In this document: positions 16,395 to 25,777 of the stretch, piece by piece
Position numbering within the stretch: the stretch's first letter is position 1
Layout of the letters: each line of letters begins with the position of its first letter
Source of the DNA: Promethearchaeota archaeon
GTDB taxonomy: Archaea > Asgardarchaeota > Lokiarchaeia > Sigyniarchaeales > SOKP01
Direction: 5' to 3'
DNA length: 28,359 bases
Assembly: GCA_013375475.1 (NCBI GenBank)
Contig: JABXKD010000035.1
Location: 1-28,359, forward strand
The notes under the pieces: generated by a model
The model's input: the letters and a program-made list of their open reading frames with translations, nothing else
Told to the model about the DNA's origin: nothing
Databases searched by the model: none
Position numbers and translations under genes: made by a program

Positions 16395-18275
16395 CTAATA
16401 ATATTTTTCTAGTAAAAAATCTATATCCTTGTCTACTAAATCAAATAATCTAATAAAAAGCATATCTATTATGCTTTGGGGGTTTTTTTCATTTAGTATT
16501 TGGGAATAAATATTTGAAGATATTTCCCTTAACTTAAGTAATTTGTTCGTGTCTATGGAAACTTTATTTTGAGTCAGATTCAAAGTAAAATATCGAATTA
16601 AATCTATTAATTCTAAGTGATATGGAGATCGAAATAGTGAAATGTTGGGAATTGGTATTTCCTCCTCCAATTTAGTCTTGCTTCTCTTTATCATTATATT
16701 TTTTGCTTTAAATAGAAATTTCACAATCTTTGAATTTAGATAAGCAAGAAGAAATAAGTAATCAATGTCGTTCTTGCCTTCCCTTAACCATAAGAAATAA
16801 GTATCAGAGGTGGCGTAATATGAATCTTTGGTATATCCAAACGCATTTGATTTAGAAATGTAACTAAAAAATATCTTTGGTTCCTTGTCATAGTAAGGTT
16901 CGAGATTAACTAATTTTCTTTTATGTTCGATATCAAATTGAGTAATCAAGCTCCCTCTTCGTGGAAAATATATGTCTTTAACATTTTCTTTAGCATTCCT
17001 AAGTATATTTTCAAGTTCTCCTCTGAATTGGTTTAAATATGCCGTAAGGTTAGGATACTTTTTCTCTGTAAACTCATTACGTTTTTTTAAGTTTTTATTT
17101 TTAAATTCATTCTTATCAAGATAGATTAAATAACCCGAAAATTCACTCTTGTCATAAGAGAAAGGCTCGATGACTTTGCTCTTAAACATTTTTTTTAATT
17201 TTTGTTTTTCTTCATCATTCAATTTTACGAAAGTATTGTCAATCTTGATAAACATGTCCGAATCGACAATTTTGAGGCTTTCATTTTCTTTTAATACAAA
17301 AATTTCATCTTTAATCAGAATTAATCCATTTCTAATGACAAAAAAATCAGTTAAATAGGATTTACTCCCATTAAACCTACAATAATTCTCAATCTTTTTA
17401 ACGAGATACTTTACATCAAGAGGATATTTTAAATTCCAGCCGTTACTAGTGATTAAATCTTTATTTGTTATTGCTGATTGGTATTTTAGCAAATGTGGTG
17501 AATTTTCGTTATTTAATATATCTGTAAAGAACTTTTCGTTTGATTTTTCATTAAATTGGTTATTACCCTGTTTAACTTGAATTACATCAATTAATTTATC
17601 AACCTTCTTTTGTTTTTCTTTCTCGTGCTTTTTTTGAAGTATGAAAATACAATTATGTTGACCTTTAGCATCTTTAAAAACATTAATGTTTGATAAATCA
17701 ATATATTGTATTAAGAAGCAATCCTTTGCTATGTGAGGTTTAAGAAGCGTTATCCCCGTCTTTTTTGATTTCGTTAGCCAGTAATTTGTTGTGATAAAAG
17801 ATAACAACCCTCCCGGTTTTAATTTTTCTATACCTAAATGAATGAAAAAATAAAATAAATCCATGTTTCCAACGAAATATTTTCTACAAACCGAATAATT
17901 CTTCACAAGCTCTTGAAAAATTTGAGCGTTGTAGTTTTGTCCTAAATAAGGGGGATTTCCGATAATGATATCAAATTTTTCGTTAGAGTCTGATCCTAAG
18001 AAATTCTCAAATTTAAGCTCAACATTCGGATAACTTTCTAAAAGAGGAATTTTTAAATTTTGATCTAATTCATAAGCGGTAATATCGGTAAATCCTTCAC
18101 CTAATATGTGTTCAATAAAAACTCCTTCACCTGCACAAGGCTCGAGAATTTTAATTTCATTAATGTTAGACTCATTATGTGTTGAAATATAATATTGTTT
18201 AATGTTTTTAACCATGAACTCTGCGATGTAATCAGGAGTAAAAATTTGACTTAATCGATTTTTATTCAAATCCAT
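16395..18275 (-). CDS. Amino (likely N6-adenine) DNA methyltransferase, gamma class, Eco57I/TaqI-like
   Basis: QIFTP, motif I LEPCAGEGVF, motif IV IIGNPPY, DLFYFFI...LKPGGLLSFIT, and a C-terminal LLAYLNS (TaqI-like TRD segment). Confidence 0.9.
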   Translation of the reverse strand: MDLNKNRLSQIFTPDYIAEFMVKNIKQYYISTHNESNINEIKILEPCAGEGVFIEHILGEGFTDITAYELDQNLKIPLLESYPNVELKFENFLGSDSNEKFDIIIGNPPYLGQNYNAQIFQELVKNYSVCRKYFVGNMDLFYFFIHLGIEKLKPGGLLSFITTNYWLTKSKKTGITLLKPHIAKDCFLIQYIDLSNINVFKDAKGQHNCIFILQKKHEKEKQKKVDKLIDVIQVKQGNNQFNEKSNEKFFTDILNNENSPHLLKYQSAITNKDLITSNGWNLKYPLDVKYLVKKIENYCRFNGSKSYLTDFFVIRNGLILIKDEIFVLKENESLKIVDSDMFIKIDNTFVKLNDEEKQKLKKMFKSKVIEPFSYDKSEFSGYLIYLDKNEFKNKNLKKRNEFTEKKYPNLTAYLNQFRGELENILRNAKENVKDIYFPRRGSLITQFDIEHKRKLVNLEPYYDKEPKIFFSYISKSNAFGYTKDSYYATSDTYFLWLREGKNDIDYLFLLAYLNSKIVKFLFKAKNIMIKRSKTKLEEEIPIPNISLFRSPYHLELIDLIRYFTLNLTQNKVSIDTNKLLKLREISSNIYSQILNEKNPQSIIDMLFIRLFDLVDKDIDFLLEKYY

Positions 18276-18366
18276 TATTTACTAGATTGTTGAAAGTAGC
18301 TAAATATTTGAAGTTTTTACTTAGACTTACTTTTGATATTAAAAGAAAAAAGAAACAAAAAATATT

Positions 18367-19893
18367 TTAATGCTCGTGTTGATGTTCATGACCGTGAGGT
18401 TTAATATTTACCGGTCGCATTTTACCAATTGCCCAACCAGCCACTTCATTAAGAGAAGGATGGATTACCATCGATTTATAAACCGGCATAAAAGAACCGG
18501 CATCAGGACAAGCTCTACCTAACTTATTAGATCCCGTTCTTGCGGGAAAGTCGGGAGAATCGCAAGTATACCCTGCGTTCATTAAATATACAAAGGGTTG
18601 AACAAGTATCGAGGCATGAGGTCCAACAGCATGTACACCTAATAATTTATAAGATTTATCGATGATTAATTTCACAAAACCGTTATCTATATCGTCGTTT
18701 TCATAACCCATCGCAAAACCTTTCGCTACTGACGAGTAATTATTTACGGCAACGAATATCTCGTGCCCCTTTTCAATAGCTTCTTCTTGAGTCATACCCA
18801 CATGCCCTATTTGAGGTGATGTAAAAATAGCCCAGGGAACTACTGAATAATCAGCTTCCTTTTTTTCGTCTTCAGGGCCAAAAATGTTATTAGCACAAAG
18901 ATCCGCTTCATAGTTGGCTTTATGTCTAAATTGATAAAGACCGTTAGCGTCTCCAAAAGCCCAAATATTCGGTTTTGTAGTCTCTAAGTATTTGTTGGTT
19001 TTAATCCAGCCATGTTCATTTATTTCAACTCCCGTCTTTTCGATCGCTAACAAATCAGCATTAGAATGACGTCCTACAGCAATTAAAATTTCTTCAGCTT
19101 GTAGTTCTATTTCTTTCCCACTTTCCATATTTTGGACCGTAACTGTTTTGAATTTCTTTTTTGATCCTACTTTAATCGCTTTATGGTTCACTAACACATC
19201 CATATGTTTCTTAAAATTGCGTTCCAAAAATTCGCTTATTTCTGGTTCTTCAGTCATAACTAAGCGTGGTAACATTTCTACAATAGTCACTTTTGTGCCA
19301 AACGCAGAAAAAATATGGGCAAATTCAGCAGCAATTACTCCACCACCAATAATAATTAGACTTTCCCACGGTTTTTTAGGAAATTTATCCCCAAAGAAAT
19401 TTTCATTTGTTATATATTCGATTTCGTCTAAACCCTGTATAGGTGGGATAAAGGAACGTGCACCAGAAGCCAAGACAAATTTATCTCCTTTAAAGTGACC
19501 TATAATCTCTTCAGATCCTACAGATTTTACCTGCATTTCATAGTCTCCAATAAATTCGCCCACTCCTTTATAAAGTTTCAGGTTTGGTACGTGAGATAAC
19601 CCTTCTTCCATTTCTTTGCTTTCGTCTATTTGACTCCACATTCGTTTGGCAATTAAGTTCCAATCAATATCTTCAACTCTAAACTTAATTCCTACTTTAG
19701 TAGCATGCTCTGCTTCTCTTATCAGATCTGCAGGGTGAACCAATACTTTTGAGGGAATACAGCCACGAGTTAAACATGTTCCTCCGAGTTTGGTGTCTTC
19801 TACTAGGGCACATTTTAATCCCATTTGAAGTCCGTAATTAAGGATGCTCAATCCAGCTCCAGATCCTATAACAACTAAATCATATTTCTCCAT
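18367..19893 (-). CDS. Class I pyridine nucleotide-disulfide oxidoreductase (dihydrolipoamide dehydrogenase/mycothione reductase-like)
   Basis: IGSGAG FAD motif, redox-active GGTCLTRGCIPSK, GGGVIAAE, AFGDA, catalytic HPSLNE, and a His-rich tail. Confidence 0.9.
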   Translation of the reverse strand: MEKYDLVVIGSGAGLSILNYGLQMGLKCALVEDTKLGGTCLTRGCIPSKVLVHPADLIREAEHATKVGIKFRVEDIDWNLIAKRMWSQIDESKEMEEGLSHVPNLKLYKGVGEFIGDYEMQVKSVGSEEIIGHFKGDKFVLASGARSFIPPIQGLDEIEYITNENFFGDKFPKKPWESLIIIGGGVIAAEFAHIFSAFGTKVTIVEMLPRLVMTEEPEISEFLERNFKKHMDVLVNHKAIKVGSKKKFKTVTVQNMESGKEIELQAEEILIAVGRHSNADLLAIEKTGVEINEHGWIKTNKYLETTKPNIWAFGDANGLYQFRHKANYEADLCANNIFGPEDEKKEADYSVVPWAIFTSPQIGHVGMTQEEAIEKGHEIFVAVNNYSSVAKGFAMGYENDDIDNGFVKLIIDKSYKLLGVHAVGPHASILVQPFVYLMNAGYTCDSPDFPARTGSNKLGRACPDAGSFMPVYKSMVIHPSLNEVAGWAIGKMRPVNIKPHGHEHQHEH

Positions 19894-19981
19894 AAATTCA
19901 ATTCTAGCTCTATTGTTTATAAATTTATTACTAATTTTTTAAAGAATATAGTAAAATGAGATTATTAATAAGGCTAATAAC

Positions 19982-21172
19982 CTACTTTCGCATATTAATA
20001 AAATCTCCAGATTTCATTAACTCACAAGGTTTAAGATATTTTTTACCGCTAATTTCAACGAAGTCTTCTAGCATTTCAGACCATTTCTCGTAATTGTTTT
20101 TTCCAGGACCAAAAGGTCCAGGTATACTAGTTCCAGTCAACATCACATCATCAACTATTTTATATCCAGAGACTATATTCTCTTCTAATAATTTACATCC
20201 TTCGTTTAACATAATAGCCATTGTCATTTCTGGATTTAAAAGCCCTGCTTTTTTATTCAACTGTATTTCTGGTTTCCCATCCTTCCAATTATAGAAACCT
20301 TGTCCTGTTTTTCTCCCTAAATTTCCTTTCTTTACAAGACTTGTAAGTACTTTACCGGGGGCAAAATCAGTAGAAAAAATCTTTTCAAAACTTTTCATGA
20401 CATTAAAAGCAGTATCTATGCCAAGATAGTCATTTAATTCACATGGCCCCATAGGAGTTAACTTTCTTGCTTCGGCATCTGCATCAATTTGTTCCCAAGG
20501 AATGCCTTTCTCGAAAGCTTGATCAAAAACCCAGCTAAGATAAATAAGTGGAGGCATAAGCAACCTATTTGCGATAAATCCAGGGCTTTCTTTCTTAATT
20601 CTAACGGAAAGCCGTTTTCCTTTAAGACAAGGTAATCTCTTACCAATTTCAACACCTACATCTAAGGCATGATCGGAGGTTTTTTCACCCTTCATTACTT
20701 CAACACAGCATTGCAGGACTACTGGTAGAAAAAAATGCATTCCAATAACATTTTCTGGTCTTTTTGCATCTTCAGCGATGTCTGTGATTCTAAAGGATGA
20801 AGTATTTGAAGCAAAAATGCAATGAGGGGGTGAATTTTCCATAACCAAATTACATATTTGTTTCTTAATCTCTAATTTTTCAACGACAGCTTCAAATACG
20901 AAATCACTCTCTTTAACTACAGATGATAAATCAACTGATTTTTTGCATTTTAACATTAGATCCGAAATGGAGACTCCTTCTTCTATCTTACCCTTTTTCT
21001 GAGCTTTTTTCAAACCTTCTTCGATTTTAGTTAAACCGTTGTTAACTATGTTTTCTTTAATATCAACTAAAGTTACATTAAATCCCGCCATTAAAGCAAC
21101 TTGGGCGATTCCATAACCCATAACTCCCGCGCCAACAACTACAATATTTTTAATCTTACTAATATCTACCAT
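19982..21172 (-). CDS. 3-hydroxyacyl-CoA dehydrogenase with a second C-terminal helical domain
   Basis: VVGAGVMGYGIA, EAVVEKLEIK, ASNTSS, GMHFF, PGFIANR, PMGP, GRKTGQGFY. Confidence 0.93.
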   Translation of the reverse strand: MVDISKIKNIVVVGAGVMGYGIAQVALMAGFNVTLVDIKENIVNNGLTKIEEGLKKAQKKGKIEEGVSISDLMLKCKKSVDLSSVVKESDFVFEAVVEKLEIKKQICNLVMENSPPHCIFASNTSSFRITDIAEDAKRPENVIGMHFFLPVVLQCCVEVMKGEKTSDHALDVGVEIGKRLPCLKGKRLSVRIKKESPGFIANRLLMPPLIYLSWVFDQAFEKGIPWEQIDADAEARKLTPMGPCELNDYLGIDTAFNVMKSFEKIFSTDFAPGKVLTSLVKKGNLGRKTGQGFYNWKDGKPEIQLNKKAGLLNPEMTMAIMLNEGCKLLEENIVSGYKIVDDVMLTGTSIPGPFGPGKNNYEKWSEMLEDFVEISGKKYLKPCELMKSGDFINMRK

Positions 21173-21239
21173 TTTGGATGCAAACTCTTAACTGCTGATT
21201 TTTTCTTGCTTAAATTTCTTTGGGTTAAGAAATTTTATG

Positions 21240-21251
21240 TGAATATATTCA
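21240..21251. promoter_or_regulatory. Palindromic putative operator upstream of the 3-hydroxyacyl-CoA dehydrogenase
   Basis: Perfect 12-bp palindrome TGAATATATTCA adjoining a minus-strand TATA-like TAATATAAAT (21260-21251). Confidence 0.4.
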
Positions 21252-21387
21252 TTTATATTAATCGCTAATTTAAAAACATTCGAGCTTAGGATATTTTTTC
21301 CTCTAAAATAATATTGAAATTATTATATGTATTAGGAAAAATTATTAAATTAATCAAAAATAAAAAAGTAAGATAATATTGTTGAAC

Positions 21388-22323
21388 TTAGTTCTCAATA
21401 ATATCTTTTAATTTAGGGAATATTCGGGGGTAATGAACTGCCATACAATGAATTCCTGCAAGTAAGTTTTTTTTCCGTAATTCTGTTATGAAAGGTTTAA
21501 AGAACTCGTAATTATATTGATCATATAATTTTTTTTGCTCCTTTTTATCAGTGACTTCTTTTTTTACGCTTTTCCACTTTGCTAGAATATCTTTAGGGAC
21601 GCTAACACCAGGTACAAAAGTATCAAAACCTTTAGCCATACCATACGACTTCATTGGAAAGATTCCAAGTAATATCGGCACATTATACTTCTTAATTTCT
21701 GTTAAAAACTCTATAGTGCGATCGAGGTCATAAACAACTTGAGTCTGGATAAATTCACAACCCGCTTCTGCTTTTCTACCTATTTTTAATATTTCTGCAC
21801 CCATTGGTTCCGCATTAGGATTCGCAGCCGCTCCAACATGTAGAGTTGGAGGTGATTCAATTTCATTCCCGTTAATAGAGCCTTTATCAACCATCTCCCT
21901 CACTAATTTTACAAGCGTTGCGGAATCTAGATCAAATACGGGTTTTGACTCGGGCATATCGCCTAAAGCTGTATGATCGCCGGTAAGGGAAAGCACATTG
22001 CGTATCCCTAGAGCGTGCGCGCCCATAATCATTCCAGCAATTCCTAATTTATTAACGTCCCTGACTGTCATCTGCCAAACGCATTCTAAACCAGCAGCTT
22101 TTTGAATTAAATGCGTTGCAGCCATAGAGTTTATTGTTACAATGCCTAAGGGACTATCTGTCACATTTGCGGCGATAACATATGGAGCCATTTCTTTAGC
22201 TTCATGGATTGTGTGAGAGAGATCTGTTGTCTTTTCAGGCTCAAGTTCACCTGTTAATATAAATTCACCCTTCGCGATGGCTTCCCCTAATTTGGAATAA
22301 GTTTTTACATCTGTCATTTTCAT
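21388..22323 (-). CDS. metF: 5,10-methylenetetrahydrofolate reductase, catalytic subunit
   Basis: ELEPEK, ANVTDSP, QMTVRDVN, LTGDH, VFDLDS, KAEAGCEFIQTQVVYD, GIHCM. Start ATG 22323 follows a GGAGGT RBS inside the end of metV. Confidence 0.93.
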   Translation of the reverse strand: MKMTDVKTYSKLGEAIAKGEFILTGELEPEKTTDLSHTIHEAKEMAPYVIAANVTDSPLGIVTINSMAATHLIQKAAGLECVWQMTVRDVNKLGIAGMIMGAHALGIRNVLSLTGDHTALGDMPESKPVFDLDSATLVKLVREMVDKGSINGNEIESPPTLHVGAAANPNAEPMGAEILKIGRKAEAGCEFIQTQVVYDLDRTIEFLTEIKKYNVPILLGIFPMKSYGMAKGFDTFVPGVSVPKDILAKWKSVKKEVTDKKEQKKLYDQYNYEFFKPFITELRKKNLLAGIHCMAVHYPRIFPKLKDIIEN

Positions 22324-22325
22324 GT

Positions 22326-22997
22326 CTACCTCCAAACTACCTCTCTTTGATGGCCAATCTTACTCCAATCTATGGGGTCTCTTAATTTTGTGAATAAGTC
22401 TAAACGACCTAACTCTTTTAGACGATTATATATCAATATCCACCCACAATCTTTCTCGTAATCGCCCACTTCACATTTCCCGTCCACCATTCCTCCACAA
22501 GGTCCATTCATAAGCGCTTTAGCGCAAGTTGTGACAGGACAAATTCCACCAGTTTCGTTTAACAAACAATCACCGCACCCTTGACAACGCATATAGAAAC
22601 GCCCGATGCGTTCTGTCATTCCTATAAACTCAGTGTTATTAGCCGTGAAAACAGGTATTTCTGGATGAGATTTCGTAAGAACTTCAATAATCGATTGTAC
22701 CCCTAAACCACAGGATAAAGTTAAAATACCATCAGATTTTTTAACTTGATCATCAATTTTGCGTAAGTCTTTTTTCATCACACGGTTATCACAAACATCC
22801 TCGCTCACTATTGCATTGGTAACATTAAAACCCCTTTCTTTTAGTTTTTCCGACCATTCCTCAGCCCCTTCACTCCCCCCTGTTTGACAGAGAGCCGCAC
22901 AAACTCCACAGCTCACAATTAATACATTTTTAACCTTATAATTGTTGAGAGCTTCAAAAACTTCTTCCTCTGGTTTTTTTGTAGTTATTACAACCAT
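22326..22997 (-). CDS. metV: Methylenetetrahydrofolate reductase small Fe-S/Zn subunit MetV
   Basis: CGVCAALCQTGG, SCGLGVQ, CQGCGDCLLNETGGICPVTTCAKALMNGPCGG...GKCEV...CGW. Directly upstream of metF. Confidence 0.9.
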   Translation of the reverse strand: MVVITTKKPEEEVFEALNNYKVKNVLIVSCGVCAALCQTGGSEGAEEWSEKLKERGFNVTNAIVSEDVCDNRVMKKDLRKIDDQVKKSDGILTLSCGLGVQSIIEVLTKSHPEIPVFTANNTEFIGMTERIGRFYMRCQGCGDCLLNETGGICPVTTCAKALMNGPCGGMVDGKCEVGDYEKDCGWILIYNRLKELGRLDLFTKLRDPIDWSKIGHQREVVWR

Positions 22998-23204
22998 TAT
23001 TTTTAATCCCTTTATTTTGATTTTTTTAGACTTTTAGTTTTAATCTAATAATATTTAGAGAAAATTATCTAATCCATTTTAACTTAATTATTACAATAAA
23101 TAGACAATTAAATTTATCAAAATGATAATTTTATCGAATTATGAAAATTAACTGATCGAAAACTTTTCAAATCAGACCTTGTGATTAATAAAAAAAAAAT
23201 AAGG

Positions 23205-24692
23205 TTATTGTATTAAAGTGGGAAGGATTTTTGCTAATGGAACGGCCAACCCCCCAAGTAAGGAACCAATGGAGGTTAGTTTTTTCAAATAGTCCTTAAT
23301 GTTTTTAGTAACTTTTATAGTTCTTGTTTTTCCTTCTATAATAGTGCCATCAGAGGACATTAAAAAAATCTGTATGGTCTGTTCTCCCGTCTCTCTTGGC
23401 TCTAAAGTTAACCAAGTTGTATCTCCGTTTTCTAGCATAGTTGATAATGTACCTGCAATATCAGCACCTTCAGAAGAAATAAGGGGAATAGGTTTATTCG
23501 GAATTAAAAAGCTTCCTCTTCCTTCGACTTTGATATCTAACTTCAATTTGCTAGGTTCAAAACCAGGAGCTACTACTTTTATAGCGTAATTCTTATCTTC
23601 AGGAGCATTATTGTAGAGAAAAACCATCACATTCAGTTCTGAATTCAAGTATACGACTTCTTGTGCTGAAGAATCCATATAAATTGGATCTTTTGAAAGC
23701 CGTTCAATGTTATCAGCAAGTTCTAATTGGAGTCTATCAATGATGTTAAAAAAGCCAGGATTGTATTTTTTAATGTAATCGAATAATTTATAGATATCAG
23801 AAGTAGAGAAATACCACAAACCATCAATTAATAACCCCTTCGTGACATCAAAAGAAGCAGAATCTACATTAATTACCTCTTTTAATTCACGTGTAAATTT
23901 TTCGTCCGTTAAAACGCCTTGATATCGCAAGTAGTATAAGAATAATATTGATTCAATCCCAAATGTTAACGGTAATTCATCTTCCTCGGCTTCTTTAACC
24001 TTTTGAATAAAAGTCGGTGTTAATATTTTATCTATCCCTGCTAAGTATTCGTCCCATTTAAGATAAGTAACCGGATCTAAATGATCTGAAAAAACTTCTC
24101 CGAAAAAGTTATCAAGAAAAATCTGATGAGTAGTAGGCTTATAGAAATCTTGAAGACCGTTTACATCGTGAATATTAAGGTTTAAACTCCGAATAATAAT
24201 TGCCAAGCCCAACCCAATTAGAGCAAATCCTGCTGCTGCAAATCCTAAGTTCAGATCTCCGAGCAACAACATTACCAAGAACAAAATAAGTGCTATAAAA
24301 CATATTGTTGAAATGATTTTTAACAAGTTAACAACTCTTTTAACGCTAGAAAACAACATTTCGAAGCCATCTAACGAATCGATTGGTCTTCCTCTCTTTC
24401 TTTCAACTTTTAATCTTAATTTAAGAGAAGAATTCGTAGAATTTGCTCCAAGAAATAGCATTATTGAATTAAAGGCGTATAATCCTAAGATTACGAAGAA
24501 AACTATTTTTAACGTAAAATCCAATACTGAAATAAAAGCTAGAATGGTTACTATCAATAGAAGAATAGGAAGTATGAATAGTAGAATTTTTCCAACTCCG
24601 GAGACATATTTGACCATTTTTCCTTGAAATCGTTCCTTTTTACTTATTTTAGATAAGTCTTTTTCTAATTCTCTTTCCATGTTATATCTCAT
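23205..24692 (-). CDS. Hypothetical membrane protein (about 4 N-terminal TM helices, large soluble region, hydrophobic C-terminal helix)
   Basis: Four hydrophobic segments in roughly residues 33-170, an acidic helical middle and a beta-rich C-terminal region. The start could be 24680. Confidence 0.8.
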   Translation of the reverse strand: MRYNMERELEKDLSKISKKERFQGKMVKYVSGVGKILLFILPILLLIVTILAFISVLDFTLKIVFFVILGLYAFNSIMLFLGANSTNSSLKLRLKVERKRGRPIDSLDGFEMLFSSVKRVVNLLKIISTICFIALILFLVMLLLGDLNLGFAAAGFALIGLGLAIIIRSLNLNIHDVNGLQDFYKPTTHQIFLDNFFGEVFSDHLDPVTYLKWDEYLAGIDKILTPTFIQKVKEAEEDELPLTFGIESILFLYYLRYQGVLTDEKFTRELKEVINVDSASFDVTKGLLIDGLWYFSTSDIYKLFDYIKKYNPGFFNIIDRLQLELADNIERLSKDPIYMDSSAQEVVYLNSELNVMVFLYNNAPEDKNYAIKVVAPGFEPSKLKLDIKVEGRGSFLIPNKPIPLISSEGADIAGTLSTMLENGDTTWLTLEPRETGEQTIQIFLMSSDGTIIEGKTRTIKVTKNIKDYLKKLTSIGSLLGGLAVPLAKILPTLIQ

Positions 24693-24872
24693 CTGTTTAA
24701 ATTCTGTTAAATTAAAAAGATATATAGTTAGAATAATATAAATCGCTATTTAAAATGTTAATAAATATATCACCTTATCTTTTGATTGAAAAACTAAATA
24801 TTTAAAAAACATATTTATAAATTAACTTATGTCAGATATTGATAAATATGTGATTACCGAAGGTGAATTTTA

Positions 24873-25340
24873 ATGAGAACTGGAAAGATTTTCTGCATTA
24901 TCGGTGGACTATTAGTACTAGTAGCAACATACCTTCTAACTTTTAGTCAATTTCATATGACATATTCTTATGGTTTAGGATTAATCCAAAATCTAGGTTT
25001 TATATTTGAACAAGGTGATATAGTAAATATTATTATAGCAATTTTATTCGTTATCTTTTTGTTTTCAGGGATTTTTTTGATCATAGGTGTAAAGCGTAGA
25101 GCAGCTGCTATAATTGGTTCATTTCTCGCGATAGGGATGGGCGTATATATAATATATATTCATTATTATGGGGTATTTAGTATATTTTTTGTTAAATTTC
25201 TATTTTTCACGGAGTTGCCATTAGTAGACGGTATTTATCCCTTACATATTGCTATAGATAGAGTAGGATTAGGAACCTATGTTTTGCTCAGTGGCGGTGT
25301 TATAGGGCTAATAGGTGGGATTTTGGGTACTTCTAGTTAA
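24873..25340 (+). CDS. Small hypothetical membrane protein (about 4 TM)
   Basis: Highly hydrophobic and Gly-rich, ending GGVIGLIGGILG. AGGTGA RBS upstream. Confidence 0.82.
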   Translation: MRTGKIFCIIGGLLVLVATYLLTFSQFHMTYSYGLGLIQNLGFIFEQGDIVNIIIAILFVIFLFSGIFLIIGVKRRAAAIIGSFLAIGMGVYIIYIHYYGVFSIFFVKFLFFTELPLVDGIYPLHIAIDRVGLGTYVLLSGGVIGLIGGILGTSS

Positions 25341-25777
25341 ATTATAAAATTCTCTTTTTTTTATATATTTTAATGAAATACAAATTCGGGACGAAAATAT
25401 TTTTGGAATTAGTATAAATTGAACCAATAAGTTGTGAGTCTTTTTTCACATTTTTGACAACATTTTGATGAATAAAATTAACTAATTTCAGACAAATTCT
25501 TTTAAATAGTGCGGAAAACGGAAAAGAAAATCTTAAAAAATTCATTTCTTGATCATTTTTCTGTTTTTAATGCAATTTTGAGGGACTTTTTTCCCCCCAA
25601 ATAACGAATTCCTTTTTCGTTTATTTTTTATTCAGAAAAAGTCAATTTATTGAGGATTCGCCCGATCTCGTAAAACGGGCTAAGGATAATTTCCCATTAC
25701 ATTTAAATACTTAACTAGTCTAACAATATTTAGAAAAAAAAAACATAATAAAAGATTAAAAAAGTGTGATAAAAAAA

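Noticed and set aside
25342-25545. 67-aa minus-strand ORF
   Set aside because: Its F/K/I/N-rich composition is typical of translated AT-rich non-coding DNA, and it has no RBS or motif.
25480-25630. Replication origin (ORB with G-string)
   Set aside because: There is only one G6 run (minus strand), no repeated TCCA-GGAAAC ORB cores and no cdc6/orc1 gene in the window.
25650-25696. Fluoride or c-di-GMP riboswitch
   Set aside because: GTTCGCC-like and GCTAA-like fragments are present, but the 5' GGCGATG pairing strand and the GEMM motifs are absent.
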